64,000 nucleotides of DNA from Candidatus Limnocylindrales bacterium (GCA_036002525.1 DASYTG010000059.1:6071-70070), one strand, 5' to 3'; positions 34,635-44,712 are shown, numbered from the stretch's first letter. Translations and numbers: made by a program. Notes: generated from the letters alone by a model not told the origin.

Positions 34635-34913
34635 ATGACCGTGTGGTTCACGGTCCAGCTCGACGACCGGCCCGGCGCCCTCGCGCGCCTCGCGACCGCG
34701 CTCGGCGAGCGCATGGTGAACATCACGGGCATCGTCGGCGTGGCCGAGGACACAGACGGCGCGCTGATGCTCACGACGAGCGACGCGGCCGCCACCCGGG
34801 AGACGTTCGCCACTCTCGGGCTGCCGTTCGAGGAGCACGACCCGGCCGGCGATCTTCGACCGAACGAGATGTCCGTCGCCGACGTCCGGCGCGGTCGCGC
34901 GGGCCGCGGCTGA
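34635..34913 (+). CDS. ACT-domain protein
   Basis: VQLDDRPGALARLATALGERMVNITGI is an ACT beta-alpha-beta motif. A strong SD (GGAGGAGG) lies upstream. Confidence 0.7.
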   Translation: MTVWFTVQLDDRPGALARLATALGERMVNITGIVGVAEDTDGALMLTTSDAAATRETFATLGLPFEEHDPAGDLRPNEMSVADVRRGRAGRG

Positions 34914-34959
34914 CCACCGGGCGCCGGGACGCCAGGCCTTCGAACCGCCGAGCCCGTCG

Positions 34960-35652
34960 ATGCCGCGTAGCCCCTCCGCCGCCACGCCGCCCGTAGCGAT
35001 CCGCCTCGTCCTCGACGACGTCCCCGCGGCCGTGCCCTCGCTCGCCGACCGAATCGCCAGGGCCGGCGGGACCCTCCGGACGATGAGCACGGTTCGGCGC
35101 GAGCCGGCGGACGGGTCGACGCCGGCCGGCGCCGAGCTGGAGATCGAGGTCGAAGGGATCGACGAGGACCACCTCGTCGAGGCGATCGACGGGCTGCCCG
35201 GCCTCCGCTCCACCCACCTGACCCGCGCGCTCGACCGTGTGTTCGGCAAGCGGATCATCGTCGTCGGCGGCGGAGCCCAGGTCGCCCAGGTCGCCCTCGG
35301 CGCGGTGAGCGAAGCGGACCGGCACAACCTGCGCGGCGAACGGATCAGCGTCGACACGATCCCGCTCGTCGGGGAGGAGAGCATCGCCGCCGCGGTCCGC
35401 GCAGTAGCCGATCTGCCGCGAGCCAGACTGCTCGTCCTCGCCGGCTCGATCATGGGCGGCGACATTACCCGTGCCGCCCGCGAACTGCGCGCCCAGGGGA
35501 TCCCGATCATCGCCCTGAACATGGTCGGTTCGATCACCGACGCGGTCGATCTCGTCGTCTCCGATCCCGTCCAGGCGGGGACGATGGCCGTCATGGCCGT
35601 CGCCGACACGGCGACGTTCGACCTCGCCCGCCAGCGCGGGCGGCGGTACTGA
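34960..35652 (+). CDS. ACT-like N-terminal domain plus Rossmann-like C-terminal domain (DUF5612-like, tentative)
   Basis: KRIIVVGGGAQVAQVALGAVSEADRHNLRGERISVDTIPLVGE resembles what I recall of DUF5612-type proteins. Family name not verified. Confidence 0.55.
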   Translation: MPRSPSAATPPVAIRLVLDDVPAAVPSLADRIARAGGTLRTMSTVRREPADGSTPAGAELEIEVEGIDEDHLVEAIDGLPGLRSTHLTRALDRVFGKRIIVVGGGAQVAQVALGAVSEADRHNLRGERISVDTIPLVGEESIAAAVRAVADLPRARLLVLAGSIMGGDITRAARELRAQGIPIIALNMVGSITDAVDLVVSDPVQAGTMAVMAVADTATFDLARQRGRRY

Positions 35653-35667
35653 GGAGCACTGACCCGC

Positions 35668-36576
35668 GTGCGCATCGCGACCTGGAACGTCAACTCGCTC
35701 AAGGCTCGCCAGGAGGCGGTGGACCGCTGGCTCGAGCGGGCCCAGCCGGACGTGCTGCTGATGCAGGAGACGAAGCTCTCCGACGAGGACGCGCCGGTCA
35801 TGCCGTTCAGGATGGCCGGCTACGAGCTCCTCCACCACGGCGAGGGACGGTGGAACGGGGTCGCGATCGCCAGCCGGGTCGGGCTCGAGGATCCGATCAC
35901 GAACTTCGGCGACGGGCCGGTCCGGGACAGCCGCTCGGGCGCCGCCGTCGGGCTCGAGGAGGAGGACTTCGACCCGTCGGACGAGGCGCGGATGGTCTCG
36001 GCCGTCGGCGGTGGGATCCGGTTCGTCAGCCTCTATGCGCCGAATGGCCGGATCGTCGGATCGCCCTGGTACCAGGGCAAGCTGCGCTGGTTCGACCGGC
36101 TGGCCCGCTGGCTCGAGGAGAGCCGGTCGCGGGACGAGCCGCTCGTGCTGGCCGGCGACTTCAACGCGACGCCGACCGACGACGACGTCTGGGACCCGAT
36201 CGCCGCCCACGGCGGAACCCACGTCTCGCCTCCCGAGCGTGCTGCGCTCGCCAGGCTCCGGGACTGGGGCCTGATCGACACATTCCGTCTTCGCCGCCCC
36301 GAGCCCGACCGCTTCTCATGGTGGGACTACCGGGCCGGGATGTTCCACCGGAACGAAGGGATGCGGATCGACCTGGCCTACGCCACGCCTCCGGTCGCGG
36401 AGCGGGTCGTCTGGGCGGAGATCGACCGCGAAGCCCGCAAGGGCCCGCCGACGCCGTCCGATCATGCGCCCGTGGTTGTCGACCTCGACGAGCCCGGGAA
36501 GCCGTTCGAGGCTGGCTGGGAGGGCGCGCTCGAACGGATCGCCGCGCGGACGAAGCCGCGAGCGCAGCGCGGCTAG
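35668..36576 (+). CDS. xthA: exodeoxyribonuclease III
   Basis: MRIATWNVNSL...LLMQETK...SDHAPV are the EEP/ExoIII family motifs. Confidence 0.9.
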   Translation: MRIATWNVNSLKARQEAVDRWLERAQPDVLLMQETKLSDEDAPVMPFRMAGYELLHHGEGRWNGVAIASRVGLEDPITNFGDGPVRDSRSGAAVGLEEEDFDPSDEARMVSAVGGGIRFVSLYAPNGRIVGSPWYQGKLRWFDRLARWLEESRSRDEPLVLAGDFNATPTDDDVWDPIAAHGGTHVSPPERAALARLRDWGLIDTFRLRRPEPDRFSWWDYRAGMFHRNEGMRIDLAYATPPVAERVVWAEIDREARKGPPTPSDHAPVVVDLDEPGKPFEAGWEGALERIAARTKPRAQRG

Positions 36577-37679
36577 TCGAGAATCGAGACGATCGCCGCC
36601 TGCTGGACCCAGCCCTCGAGGCCGTCGGCGCCGCGGACCCTGACGAACGGGCCCTTCGTCTCGAGGATCTCGACCTGGTCGCCCCGGTCGAACCGGCCGA
36701 TCTCCTCGGAACCGAAGTCATCCGGGCCGTCCGCGACGCGGACGAGCCGGTAGCCGATCTCCCGTCGATCCACACCGCGAGCTGCGGAGGCCCGGAAGCG
36801 GACCGGCTCTCGCGGCGGAGGAACCCCCCAGCCGGCCTGGCGGGCGGCCTGGAGGGACGGCCGCAGCCAGCGCGGCAGTGCCCCCTCCTCTCCTGCCCCG
36901 GGGGCGCCTGCCAGCCGCATCCCCCCAGCCCGAGCCATCGCCCCGGAGCCCCGTCGCGACTCGGGCGGACGGCGGAGGAAGACCCAGAAGATCGCGACCC
37001 CGATGCCGGTCAGGACCATCCATGGACCAACCACGGCCCCCATCGGTCCACCGAAAATCGCCGGGATCTGGAACGCGAAGCCGGATGGCTCGTCGCCCGA
37101 GGGCGGTTTCCGTCCGTCGCCCGATCCGAATCCGCCGGGAGCCGGGGAACCGCCCGGCGCCGGGGTCGCCGAGCCCGGCGGCTTCGATGAGCCCGGGGGT
37201 GGAGACGCCGTGGGATTTCCGGGCGGCGGCGTGACCGGGCCCGAAACCACCAACGGGTTCGCGGCCGTCAGCCCCACTGTCTGCTCGCCGGCCCCGGTCC
37301 CGGAAACGGCGACGAAGGTGTATTCCCAGGTGCCCGGAGACAGGTTCAGGACTCGGGCGAAATTCACGCCCTGCCGCCATGTCTTCCCGGCGCCCTGCTT
37401 CATGTCGAACGTCCCGATGCCGGGAATCTGAACGGCCAGCTTTCGCGGGGGGCAGTTCGCCGTGTCCCGATATCTGACCGCGAACGTGAAGCTCGTTTCG
37501 CTCGACCCGGTTGTCGGGGTGACGCTCGGTCGGTCCAGGACGATCTGGTGTGTTCCGGTGCAGCTCGCGCCGAGGACCACGGGCGGCTGGGCGAGTGCGG
37601 GGGCAAGGGCCAGGAAGAGCGCGGTTGCCAGGAACCACGCCCGAGAGAGTCCCCCGAGCCTCCTGACCGTGATCGTCAC
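36573..37679 (-). CDS. exported Ig-like domain / Pro-rich linker / TM / cytoplasmic SH3-like domain protein
   Basis: GTG 37679 yields the signal peptide MTITVRRLGGLSRAWFLATALFLALAPALA. The C-terminus GDQVEILETKGPFVRVRGADGLEGWV is bacterial-SH3-like. Confidence 0.6.
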   Translation of the reverse strand: MTITVRRLGGLSRAWFLATALFLALAPALAQPPVVLGASCTGTHQIVLDRPSVTPTTGSSETSFTFAVRYRDTANCPPRKLAVQIPGIGTFDMKQGAGKTWRQGVNFARVLNLSPGTWEYTFVAVSGTGAGEQTVGLTAANPLVVSGPVTPPPGNPTASPPPGSSKPPGSATPAPGGSPAPGGFGSGDGRKPPSGDEPSGFAFQIPAIFGGPMGAVVGPWMVLTGIGVAIFWVFLRRPPESRRGSGAMARAGGMRLAGAPGAGEEGALPRWLRPSLQAARQAGWGVPPPREPVRFRASAARGVDRREIGYRLVRVADGPDDFGSEEIGRFDRGDQVEILETKGPFVRVRGADGLEGWVQQAAIVSILD

Positions 37680-37841
37680 CTGTCTCGACTTGACTCCACA
37701 CGCCGCCGGTTGACCCCGACCGTAGGCACGGCCGAAGCCACCGTCTCTGGCCCCATCCGCTAGGTGCGGCGGTACTTTCGGTCCCCCGGGCCGGACAGCC
37801 GTGTGGGCTACACATGAGGGGACCGCGCCGTACGGAAGAAC

Positions 37842-39473
37842 ATGCTGGAACCGAGCGAAGATCGCCGGGGCGACCGCGACGAGCGGGCCGGGGTGATTCG
37901 GGGACGCCTGATCCTCGCCCTGCTCGTCGAGTTCGCCATGCTCATGGCGGTCGCGTCCATCGGCAGTCTGTGGCCCGGAGACGGCCTCGGTCGGGACGGG
38001 GCGATGTACGTCCTCTTCCTGGCCGCGGTCGGCTGCCCGTTCCTCGTCGGGCTCCTCGCCCGGCGCATGCTCGTGGCGGTCGACGAGATAGAGAACGATC
38101 GGGAGCGGCTCCTCGAGCTCTACGGCCGAGCCCGGAGCGACGCGCTCCTCGATGCCCTCACGGGGCTCGGCAACCACCGGGCGTTCCAGGAGGAGCTGGC
38201 CCGCCAGCTCGAATCGGCCCGCCGTCACGCGACCGCCCTGGGCCTTCTGCTGATCGACGTCGACGACCTGAAGAAGGTCAACGACGAGCGGGGCCACGCG
38301 GGCGGGGACGAGCTGCTCGCGGCGGTCGGTCGGGTGGCCAGCGGCGCGCTCCGCCGGAGCGACCGGGCGTTCCGCGTCGGCGGCGACGAGTTCGCGGTCC
38401 TCCTTCCCCACTCCGAGATCGACAGCGCTCTCGCGGTCGCCCGGCGGATCCTCGCCCGCGCCCTGACCGGCGATGCGAACCGGTCCGTCGAGCCGTTCTC
38501 GCTGTCGATCGGCGTGTCCGCCTACCCGGCTCCCGCGGCGGAGGCCCAGCTCCTGTACCGCCAGGCCGACGCGGCACTGTACTGGTGCAAGCGCCACGGG
38601 CGGACCGCGGCCGTTGCCTACGACCCGGGCCGGCACGGCAAGGCGGCCGACAGCCGGTCCGTCGGTGAGCTCTCCGCGGCGGTGGGCCAGGTGCTGACGA
38701 CCAATGCCCTGCGGCCGGTCTACCAGCCGATCTTCTCGCTCGACAGCGGCCGGCCGATCGGGTTCGAAGGCCTCGTCCGGCCAGGCACGGGCGCGGCGTT
38801 CCTCGATGCCTCGAGCCTCTTCGCCGCGGCCGAGGCGGCCGACCGGACGGTCGAGCTCGACCTCGCCTGCCTCGAAGCGGTCGCGAAGGGCGCGGGCACC
38901 CTCGAGCCGGACACCTACCTTAGCGTCAATGTCTCGCCGCGGACCCTCGAATCCGACCTCTTCCACCCGGCCGAGATCGTGGCCATTCTCCGGCGCCGGA
39001 GGATCGAGCCCAGCCAGGTGGTTCTCGAGCTGACCGAGCGCGAAGCGGTCGAGGACCTTGGCCAGCTACGCAAGAACGTCGCGGCATGCCAGCAGGCGGG
39101 TTTCCGGCTCGCGGCCGACGACGTCGGGGCGGGCAACGCCGGGCTCCGCCTGTTGAGCGAGATCCATTTCGACATCGTCAAGATCGACCTGTCGCTCGTC
39201 CAGGGCGGCGTCCTCCACGACCCGTCGCACGCGATCCTCCGGGCCCTCCAGGATCTCGCGGCCCGGTGGCGCGCGACGATCGTCGCCGAGGGGGTCGAGA
39301 CGTCACAGCAGCTGGTGGTCATCCGCGAGCTCGGGATTGCGGCCGCCCAGGGTTACCTGCTGGGCCGTCCGGGGCAGGAACGCTGGGCGGACACGATCGA
39401 CGTGAGCGCCCTCGCCGTGTCGACGCCTGACCGCGACCTGGATCCCTTCGCGGCCGCCTTTCCGGCCGCCTGA
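37842..39473 (+). CDS. membrane-anchored GGDEF-EAL (diguanylate cyclase/phosphodiesterase) protein
   Basis: RVGGDEFAVLL GGDEF site, and EAL-domain motifs QPIF...EGLVRP, ELTERE and DDVGAG. Confidence 0.85.
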   Translation: MLEPSEDRRGDRDERAGVIRGRLILALLVEFAMLMAVASIGSLWPGDGLGRDGAMYVLFLAAVGCPFLVGLLARRMLVAVDEIENDRERLLELYGRARSDALLDALTGLGNHRAFQEELARQLESARRHATALGLLLIDVDDLKKVNDERGHAGGDELLAAVGRVASGALRRSDRAFRVGGDEFAVLLPHSEIDSALAVARRILARALTGDANRSVEPFSLSIGVSAYPAPAAEAQLLYRQADAALYWCKRHGRTAAVAYDPGRHGKAADSRSVGELSAAVGQVLTTNALRPVYQPIFSLDSGRPIGFEGLVRPGTGAAFLDASSLFAAAEAADRTVELDLACLEAVAKGAGTLEPDTYLSVNVSPRTLESDLFHPAEIVAILRRRRIEPSQVVLELTEREAVEDLGQLRKNVAACQQAGFRLAADDVGAGNAGLRLLSEIHFDIVKIDLSLVQGGVLHDPSHAILRALQDLAARWRATIVAEGVETSQQLVVIRELGIAAAQGYLLGRPGQERWADTIDVSALAVSTPDRDLDPFAAAFPAA

Positions 39474-39575
39474 CGTTCCTCGCCTCCGATCGCCGGGGGC
39501 GCGCACCGCTGGCGTACCCTGAACGCGACGGCGCAAGTGCCGGCCGCGGAGGCGGCCGTGGAGGAGGAACGGCTG

Positions 39576-40742
39576 ATGGCGACGGTAGTCCGCCGGGTGG
39601 ACCGGCTGCGGGCGAGCATGGCACGGGTCCTGAGCTTCTTCGAGGGGCCCGTCTGGGGCCGCCGCGATGACCCGGACATGGCCAACTTCGCCGTCGGGAA
39701 CCCGCAGGAGATGCCGCTCACCGGCTATGTCGAGGCGCTCGCCACCGCGTTGCCGCCGCGCGACAAGGACTGGTTCGCCTACAAGATGAGCGAGCCGAAC
39801 GCACGCCGGGCCGTGAGCCGATCGCTCAGCGCGCGGACCGGCCTCGACTGGAATCCGGCGGACGTGTTCATGACGAACGGCGGGTTCGCGGCGCTGGCGG
39901 TGACATTCCGGGCGATCCTCGAAGCCGGCGACGAGGTCGTCTTCCTCTCGCCGCCGTGGTTCTTCTACGAGCTGCTGATCCTCTCCGCGGATGGCGTGCC
40001 CGTGCGGGTGTCGCTGTCCCCGCCGGCGTTCGACATCGACCTCCCGGCCATCGAGGCGGCGATCACCCCGCGAACACGGGCCGTGATCCTGAACACGCCC
40101 CACAACCCGACGGGCCGGGTCTATCCCGAGTCCAACCTGCGCGATCTCGCCTCCACGCTCCAGGCGGCCTCAGCGCGGATCGGCCGCCGGATCTTCCTCG
40201 TCGCCGACGAGCCGTACAACCGGATCGTGTTCGACGGCCGCCAGTTCCACAGCCCGGCCGAGGTCTATCCGGACACGATCACCGCGTACTCGTACGGGAA
40301 GACGCTGCTGGCCCCGGGCATGCGGATCGGTTACGTGGCGCTGCCGCCGACGATGGCGGATCGTGACGAGCTTCGCGAGGCGATGTTCATCTCGCAGCTC
40401 GCGACCGGCTACGCCTTCCCCAACGCGCTCCTCCAGCACGCGATCGACGACCTCGAGCGCCTCTCGATCGACGTCGGCGCGCTCGAGCGGCGCCGGGACC
40501 GGGTCGTCGGCGGGCTCCGGGCCATCGGCTACGAGACCACTAACCCGGAGGGCACGTTCTACGTCATGGTCCGCGCCCCGATCGAGGACGACGAGGCGTT
40601 CGCCGCCCGCCTGGCCGAGCGAGGCGTGCTGGTCCTGCCGGGCAGCATCGTCGAAGTGCCGGGCTGGTTCCGGGTCTCCCTGACGGCCTCGGACGAGATG
40701 GTCGAGCGCGGGTTGCCGCGCTTTGCCGCGGCCCTGGGCTGA
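39576..40742 (+). CDS. class I/II PLP-dependent aminotransferase
   Basis: ATG 39576 is preceded by GAGGAGGAA. NTPHNPTG and SYGKTLLAPGMRIGY (PLP lysine) motifs. Confidence 0.8.
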   Translation: MATVVRRVDRLRASMARVLSFFEGPVWGRRDDPDMANFAVGNPQEMPLTGYVEALATALPPRDKDWFAYKMSEPNARRAVSRSLSARTGLDWNPADVFMTNGGFAALAVTFRAILEAGDEVVFLSPPWFFYELLILSADGVPVRVSLSPPAFDIDLPAIEAAITPRTRAVILNTPHNPTGRVYPESNLRDLASTLQAASARIGRRIFLVADEPYNRIVFDGRQFHSPAEVYPDTITAYSYGKTLLAPGMRIGYVALPPTMADRDELREAMFISQLATGYAFPNALLQHAIDDLERLSIDVGALERRRDRVVGGLRAIGYETTNPEGTFYVMVRAPIEDDEAFAARLAERGVLVLPGSIVEVPGWFRVSLTASDEMVERGLPRFAAALG

Positions 40743-40911
40743 TTCGCCGCTTCCATCGCGCCGGGTGATAGAAACAGCCTCGGGCGAGCACGGCCATCCC
40801 CAACATCAGTCGAATCCGGCGCCCGGCCGAGCGCGCAGCGGTCGGATCTCATCATCGAGCGTGATAGCTGTCGCGCCGGGGCCAGCGAGGCGCGCCGCGA
40901 AGTCGCCGCGC

Positions 40912-42093
40912 TCAGGACACCGGGATCCGCTTCTCGGGATCGACGAACGGCATCGGGACGACCCTCGCGTTGCGCTTGCCCCACTCGGTCTCGACCTCGA
41001 GCGTGGTCCCGTCCATCGCGAGCTCGGCCGGCAGCCAGCTGTAGCCGATGTTCTTGCCGAGGCGCGGTGACCAGATCGCCGAGGTCACCTTGCCGACCTG
41101 CTTCCCACCGTGGTTCGTCGGCCACTTGATGTTGTTCAAGGCCGGGAAGGGCGGGCCGTCCAGCTCGACCCCGACGATCCGCCGGCTCACGCCCTCCTCC
41201 TTGATTCGCCGCAACGCGGCGATGGAGATTGATGACTCATCTCGCAGGCCGAAGTCGACCAGCCGGTCGAGCCCCAGCTCGAACGGGTTGTTGTCGTACG
41301 TCATGTCGGCGCCCCAGTTGAAGATCGCGCCCTCGATTCGGCGGATGTCGCTGGGACCGGTCGGCCGGACGTTGTACGGGGCGCCGGCCTCCATGAGCGC
41401 ATCCCAGAGCTGGGTGCCCCTCGAGGTGTCGAGGAGGTAGATCTCGTAGCCGACCTCGGACGTCCAGCCGGTCCGGGTCACGACGACCGGGATCCCGCGG
41501 ATCTCGGCCCGCCGCCACCAGTAATACTTGAGGTCGAGAATCCGCTCGCCCACGAGGTCGCGGATGAGGTCCTTGGACTTCGGGCCCTGGACCTGGATCG
41601 GGGCGACGTCCGCCTCCTGGATCGTCACGTCGAGATTCGGATAGGCGTTCTTCAGTCCGCGGGCGAACAGCAAGGCATCCGAGCTGGCGAGAGCGAACCA
41701 GAACGTGTTCTCGTCCATCCGGGTGAGCACCGGGTCGTTGACGATGCCGCCGTCCGAATCGCAGATCAGCACGTACTTCGCCTGGCCGACGGCGCACTTC
41801 GACAGGTCGCGGGGCGTGAGGAGCTGGGCGAACTTCAGGCCATCGGGGCCGCCGATCTCGAGGCAGCGCTCGACCGACACGTCCCAGATCGTCACGTCGT
41901 TGAGGAGGGCGTCGAACTCGGCCTCGAACGTGTCGAACCGGATCGGGAAGTACATGTGGTTGTAGACCGTGAAGCCCTTCGGGCCGTACCGCTGGGTGGC
42001 CTCGTAGTAGGGCGTCCGGCGATTCCGTGCGCCCCGCTGGACGAGGCCCATGTCGAACGGCTCGGTCGCCACCACCCTCTCGGCGGTTGTCAT
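40912..42093 (-). CDS. GcvT-family aminomethyltransferase, DmdA-like subgroup (tentative)
   Basis: ATG 42093 is preceded by GAGGAAGGAA. VYNHMYFP...IWDVSVERCLEI.GPD...LTPRDLSK...IQVQGPKS resembles demethylase-type GcvT homologues as I recall them. Confidence 0.75.
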   Translation of the reverse strand: MTTAERVVATEPFDMGLVQRGARNRRTPYYEATQRYGPKGFTVYNHMYFPIRFDTFEAEFDALLNDVTIWDVSVERCLEIGGPDGLKFAQLLTPRDLSKCAVGQAKYVLICDSDGGIVNDPVLTRMDENTFWFALASSDALLFARGLKNAYPNLDVTIQEADVAPIQVQGPKSKDLIRDLVGERILDLKYYWWRRAEIRGIPVVVTRTGWTSEVGYEIYLLDTSRGTQLWDALMEAGAPYNVRPTGPSDIRRIEGAIFNWGADMTYDNNPFELGLDRLVDFGLRDESSISIAALRRIKEEGVSRRIVGVELDGPPFPALNNIKWPTNHGGKQVGKVTSAIWSPRLGKNIGYSWLPAELAMDGTTLEVETEWGKRNARVVPMPFVDPEKRIPVS

Positions 42094-42143
42094 TTGTTGG
42101 TGTTCCTTCCTCGGCACTCGCCGGCAGTCGCCGAGCGTGGCCT

Positions 42144-42161
42144 GATTGTCGCCGGATTGTC
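42144..42161 (-). promoter_or_regulatory. direct repeat GACAATC x2 with 11-nt periodicity in the GcvT-family leader
   Basis: Plus-strand GATTGTC occurs at 42144-42150 and 42155-42161, 50-70 nt upstream of ATG 42093. Confidence 0.25.
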
Positions 42162-42450
42162 TGGCGGCCCCGTTCCAATGCCTTCGGCGTTGCGCGTGAT
42201 GATCCGGCCGGTTCCACGGGCCGGGACGCGGGCCAGGCTCACTCCCAGCGCTTGCATCTGGCCAATTAGCCATGCACGGACTGCGAGGCGCGCTCGGAGC
42301 GGTCGATCGCGCCGGAACCGGCGTGAGCCACGCTCGATCTCCTGGCGCTGGAGCCCGAATGGCCGCGCGAACCAAACCCCTGAGTCCCTGGGTGCGTATC
42401 TGGCCAGACCGGCGGCGCCGACTCCCGCCGCAGCGCGCCCGGCAACGGGA

Positions 42451-44091
42451 TCAGTCCAGCGTGACCCGCTCGTGCCAGTGGGGGATGTGGGCCTCGAAGC
42501 CGAGGGCTCGAACCTTTGGCTCGAGGAGGATCTGGGCCTCCGGATCGCCGTGGACGAGGAAGACCCGCCGCGGGTAGCCGGGCGAACCGGGCGAACCGGC
42601 AGCCCGGAAGTGGGACAGCCACTCGAGGATCTCGCTCTCGTCGGCGTGGGCGGAGAAGCCGCTGATCGAGCGGACCTGGCAGCGAACCGGCCGGTCCTGG
42701 CCGTCGAGCCTGACGGTGGTCGCACCGGCCTGCAGGTGGGCGCCGAGCGTGCCCTCGCCCTGGTACCCGACGAACAGCAGGACCGCGGCGGGATCGTCGA
42801 TCAGGCGTCGCAGGTGATTGACGACCCGGCCCCCCGTGAGCATCCCGTTAGAGGCGACGATCATGTACGGCCGCGGGGCCCGCTGGATCGCCTCGGACTG
42901 CTTCGCGCTGTTCGTGATCCGCTGGTCGGGGTAGTCGAGCGGCGTCGCGTTCGACTCGAGCAGCCGCCGCGCTTGTTCGTCGTAGTCCTCCGGGTGGCGA
43001 CGATAGATGTCGCTCGCCTTCGAGGCCATCGGCGAGTCGAGGTAGAGCGGCAGGAGCGGGATCTCGCCCCGCTCGATGAGCCGGTCGAGCTCCCAGACGA
43101 TCTCCTGGGTCCGGCCGATCGCGAACGACGGGACCAGCAGGACGCCCTTCGCTTCGTCGACGAGGCGGATCGTGTCGATGAGCACCTGGATCGCCAGATC
43201 GTGGGGCTCGTGCTCGCGGCCGCCGTAGGTCGACTCGACCACGACGTAGTCCGCCCGGTCCAGCACGGTCGGGTCGCGGATGATCGGCGTGCCCGGACGG
43301 CCGAGGTCGCCCGAGAAGACGACGATCCTCTCCTGCCCGCCGTCGCCGTCTCGAACCCGGAGGCGGATGATCGCCGAGCCGAGGATGTGGCCGGCGTCGT
43401 GGTAGGTCGCGTGGATGCCCGGCGCGACCTCGACCTCGCGCTCGTACTCGACCGGGCTGAACAGCGTCAGGGCGGCCTTCGCGTCGTCCTCGGTGTAGAG
43501 CGGCTCGTCGAAGTCGACGATCAGCTCCGGCGGCTGGGCGCGCAGTTCGGCCTCGGGATCGGCGGCCGGCGCAGCGGGCGCGACTCCCGCCGCGCCCGAG
43601 GCTGGCACGGCGCCAGGTGCCTCGTGCGCTGTCTCGACCGCCGTCGCCTCGGCCACCCCGGCGTCTCCCCGCGCCGCCAGTTCGACGGCGGCCCGGTAAT
43701 TAGCGGCCGCGATCTCGTCCTCCGCGGCGGCACGATCGGGATTTCGCCGCTGCCAGCGCGCGCCGCGCTTGGCGAACTCCTCGTTCAGCCGCCCCGAGTC
43801 GAGGAGCACGAGGGTCGCCAGCTCGATCGTGCCGGAGGTCGCGTGGATCGGGCCGGCGAACCCCTCGCGGACGGCGACGGGCAGCAGGCCGCAGTGATCG
43901 AGATGAGCATGGGTCAGGAGGATCGCGTCGAGGTCCCGCCCCTCGAACCCGAGCGGGATCCGGTTCCGCACTACCTCGTTCGGGCTGCCCTGGAACATGC
44001 CGCAGTCGATGAGCACCCGGGCACGCGAGGTCGTCAGGAGGAAGCGCGACCCGGTGACGGTCGTGGCGCCACCGAGGAACTGGAGGTTCAT
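42451..44091 (-). CDS. MBL-fold beta-CASP RNA-metabolising hydrolase
   Basis: MNLQFLGGATTVTGS and LTHAHLDHCG motifs, plus a beta-CASP-like C-terminal half. Confidence 0.8.
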   Translation of the reverse strand: MNLQFLGGATTVTGSRFLLTTSRARVLIDCGMFQGSPNEVVRNRIPLGFEGRDLDAILLTHAHLDHCGLLPVAVREGFAGPIHATSGTIELATLVLLDSGRLNEEFAKRGARWQRRNPDRAAAEDEIAAANYRAAVELAARGDAGVAEATAVETAHEAPGAVPASGAAGVAPAAPAADPEAELRAQPPELIVDFDEPLYTEDDAKAALTLFSPVEYEREVEVAPGIHATYHDAGHILGSAIIRLRVRDGDGGQERIVVFSGDLGRPGTPIIRDPTVLDRADYVVVESTYGGREHEPHDLAIQVLIDTIRLVDEAKGVLLVPSFAIGRTQEIVWELDRLIERGEIPLLPLYLDSPMASKASDIYRRHPEDYDEQARRLLESNATPLDYPDQRITNSAKQSEAIQRAPRPYMIVASNGMLTGGRVVNHLRRLIDDPAAVLLFVGYQGEGTLGAHLQAGATTVRLDGQDRPVRCQVRSISGFSAHADESEILEWLSHFRAAGSPGSPGYPRRVFLVHGDPEAQILLEPKVRALGFEAHIPHWHERVTLD

Positions 44092-44172
44092 GGGCCGCAA
44101 TGGTGACAGCGCGGCGTGCTGTCCGGGGGATCGACGGCCGGAACGGGCCTCACAATCGCGCGACGGCCAGGC

Positions 44173-44712
44173 TCAGGTGCTCCTGCGGATCATGAGGGCC
44201 GCCCCGAACACGATGAGCCCGCCACCGGCGATGAGCGCCACGGGCAGCAGCAGCGACGCCGGGTCGAACGGATCGGCGGCGCCGGACTCGGGGGAGGGCG
44301 AGAGAGGCGGTCGGGCGTTGGCCGGCCGAAGGGCGGCGAGCTCGTCGCTCCACTCCGTCGTCGAGCTGCAGGCGTTGTCGCTGAGGGTGCCGTCGGAGAT
44401 CCCGACGATGAAGAGATAGGTCGTCCGCGCCGCGAACATCCGATCGACCGAGGACATTGCGCCGGGGCCCGGGCCGCCGCGAACCTCGACGACGGGCGGC
44501 AGATCCGGCCCGACCCAGACCTCCGCCACGGCCACCGTGGCCCAGCGATCGAGGTTGGCGACGCTCGTGACCGTTCCCACGAAGGCGAGATCGGCGTCGC
44601 GGACCGCCTCCTCGATCGGGGGCGGCATCACGCACGAGGCGAGCGCCGGCGCGGCGGAGCCGAGCAGGAGCGAGGCAACGAGCGCCGCCGATGCGCCGGC
44701 CCGGACGAGCAT
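44173..44712 (-). CDS. putative lipoprotein with a C-terminal TM anchor (hypothetical)
   Basis: Signal peptide with lipobox LASC, a mature domain ADLAFVGTVTSV..., and a C-terminal hydrophobic helix followed by RRST. Confidence 0.55.
   Translation of the reverse strand: MLVRAGASAALVASLLLGSAAPALASCVMPPPIEEAVRDADLAFVGTVTSVANLDRWATVAVAEVWVGPDLPPVVEVRGGPGPGAMSSVDRMFAARTTYLFIVGISDGTLSDNACSSTTEWSDELAALRPANARPPLSPSPESGAADPFDPASLLLPVALIAGGGLIVFGAALMIRRST

Noticed and set aside
40743-40911. Repeated GCGCCGGG and GTGATAG motifs in the convergent gap between the aminotransferase and the GcvT-family gene.
   Set aside because: The motifs are in the same orientation and in swapped order, so they cannot form a helix. 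Only 6-7-bp imperfect stems are available. This is not distinguishable from chance in GC-rich DNA.
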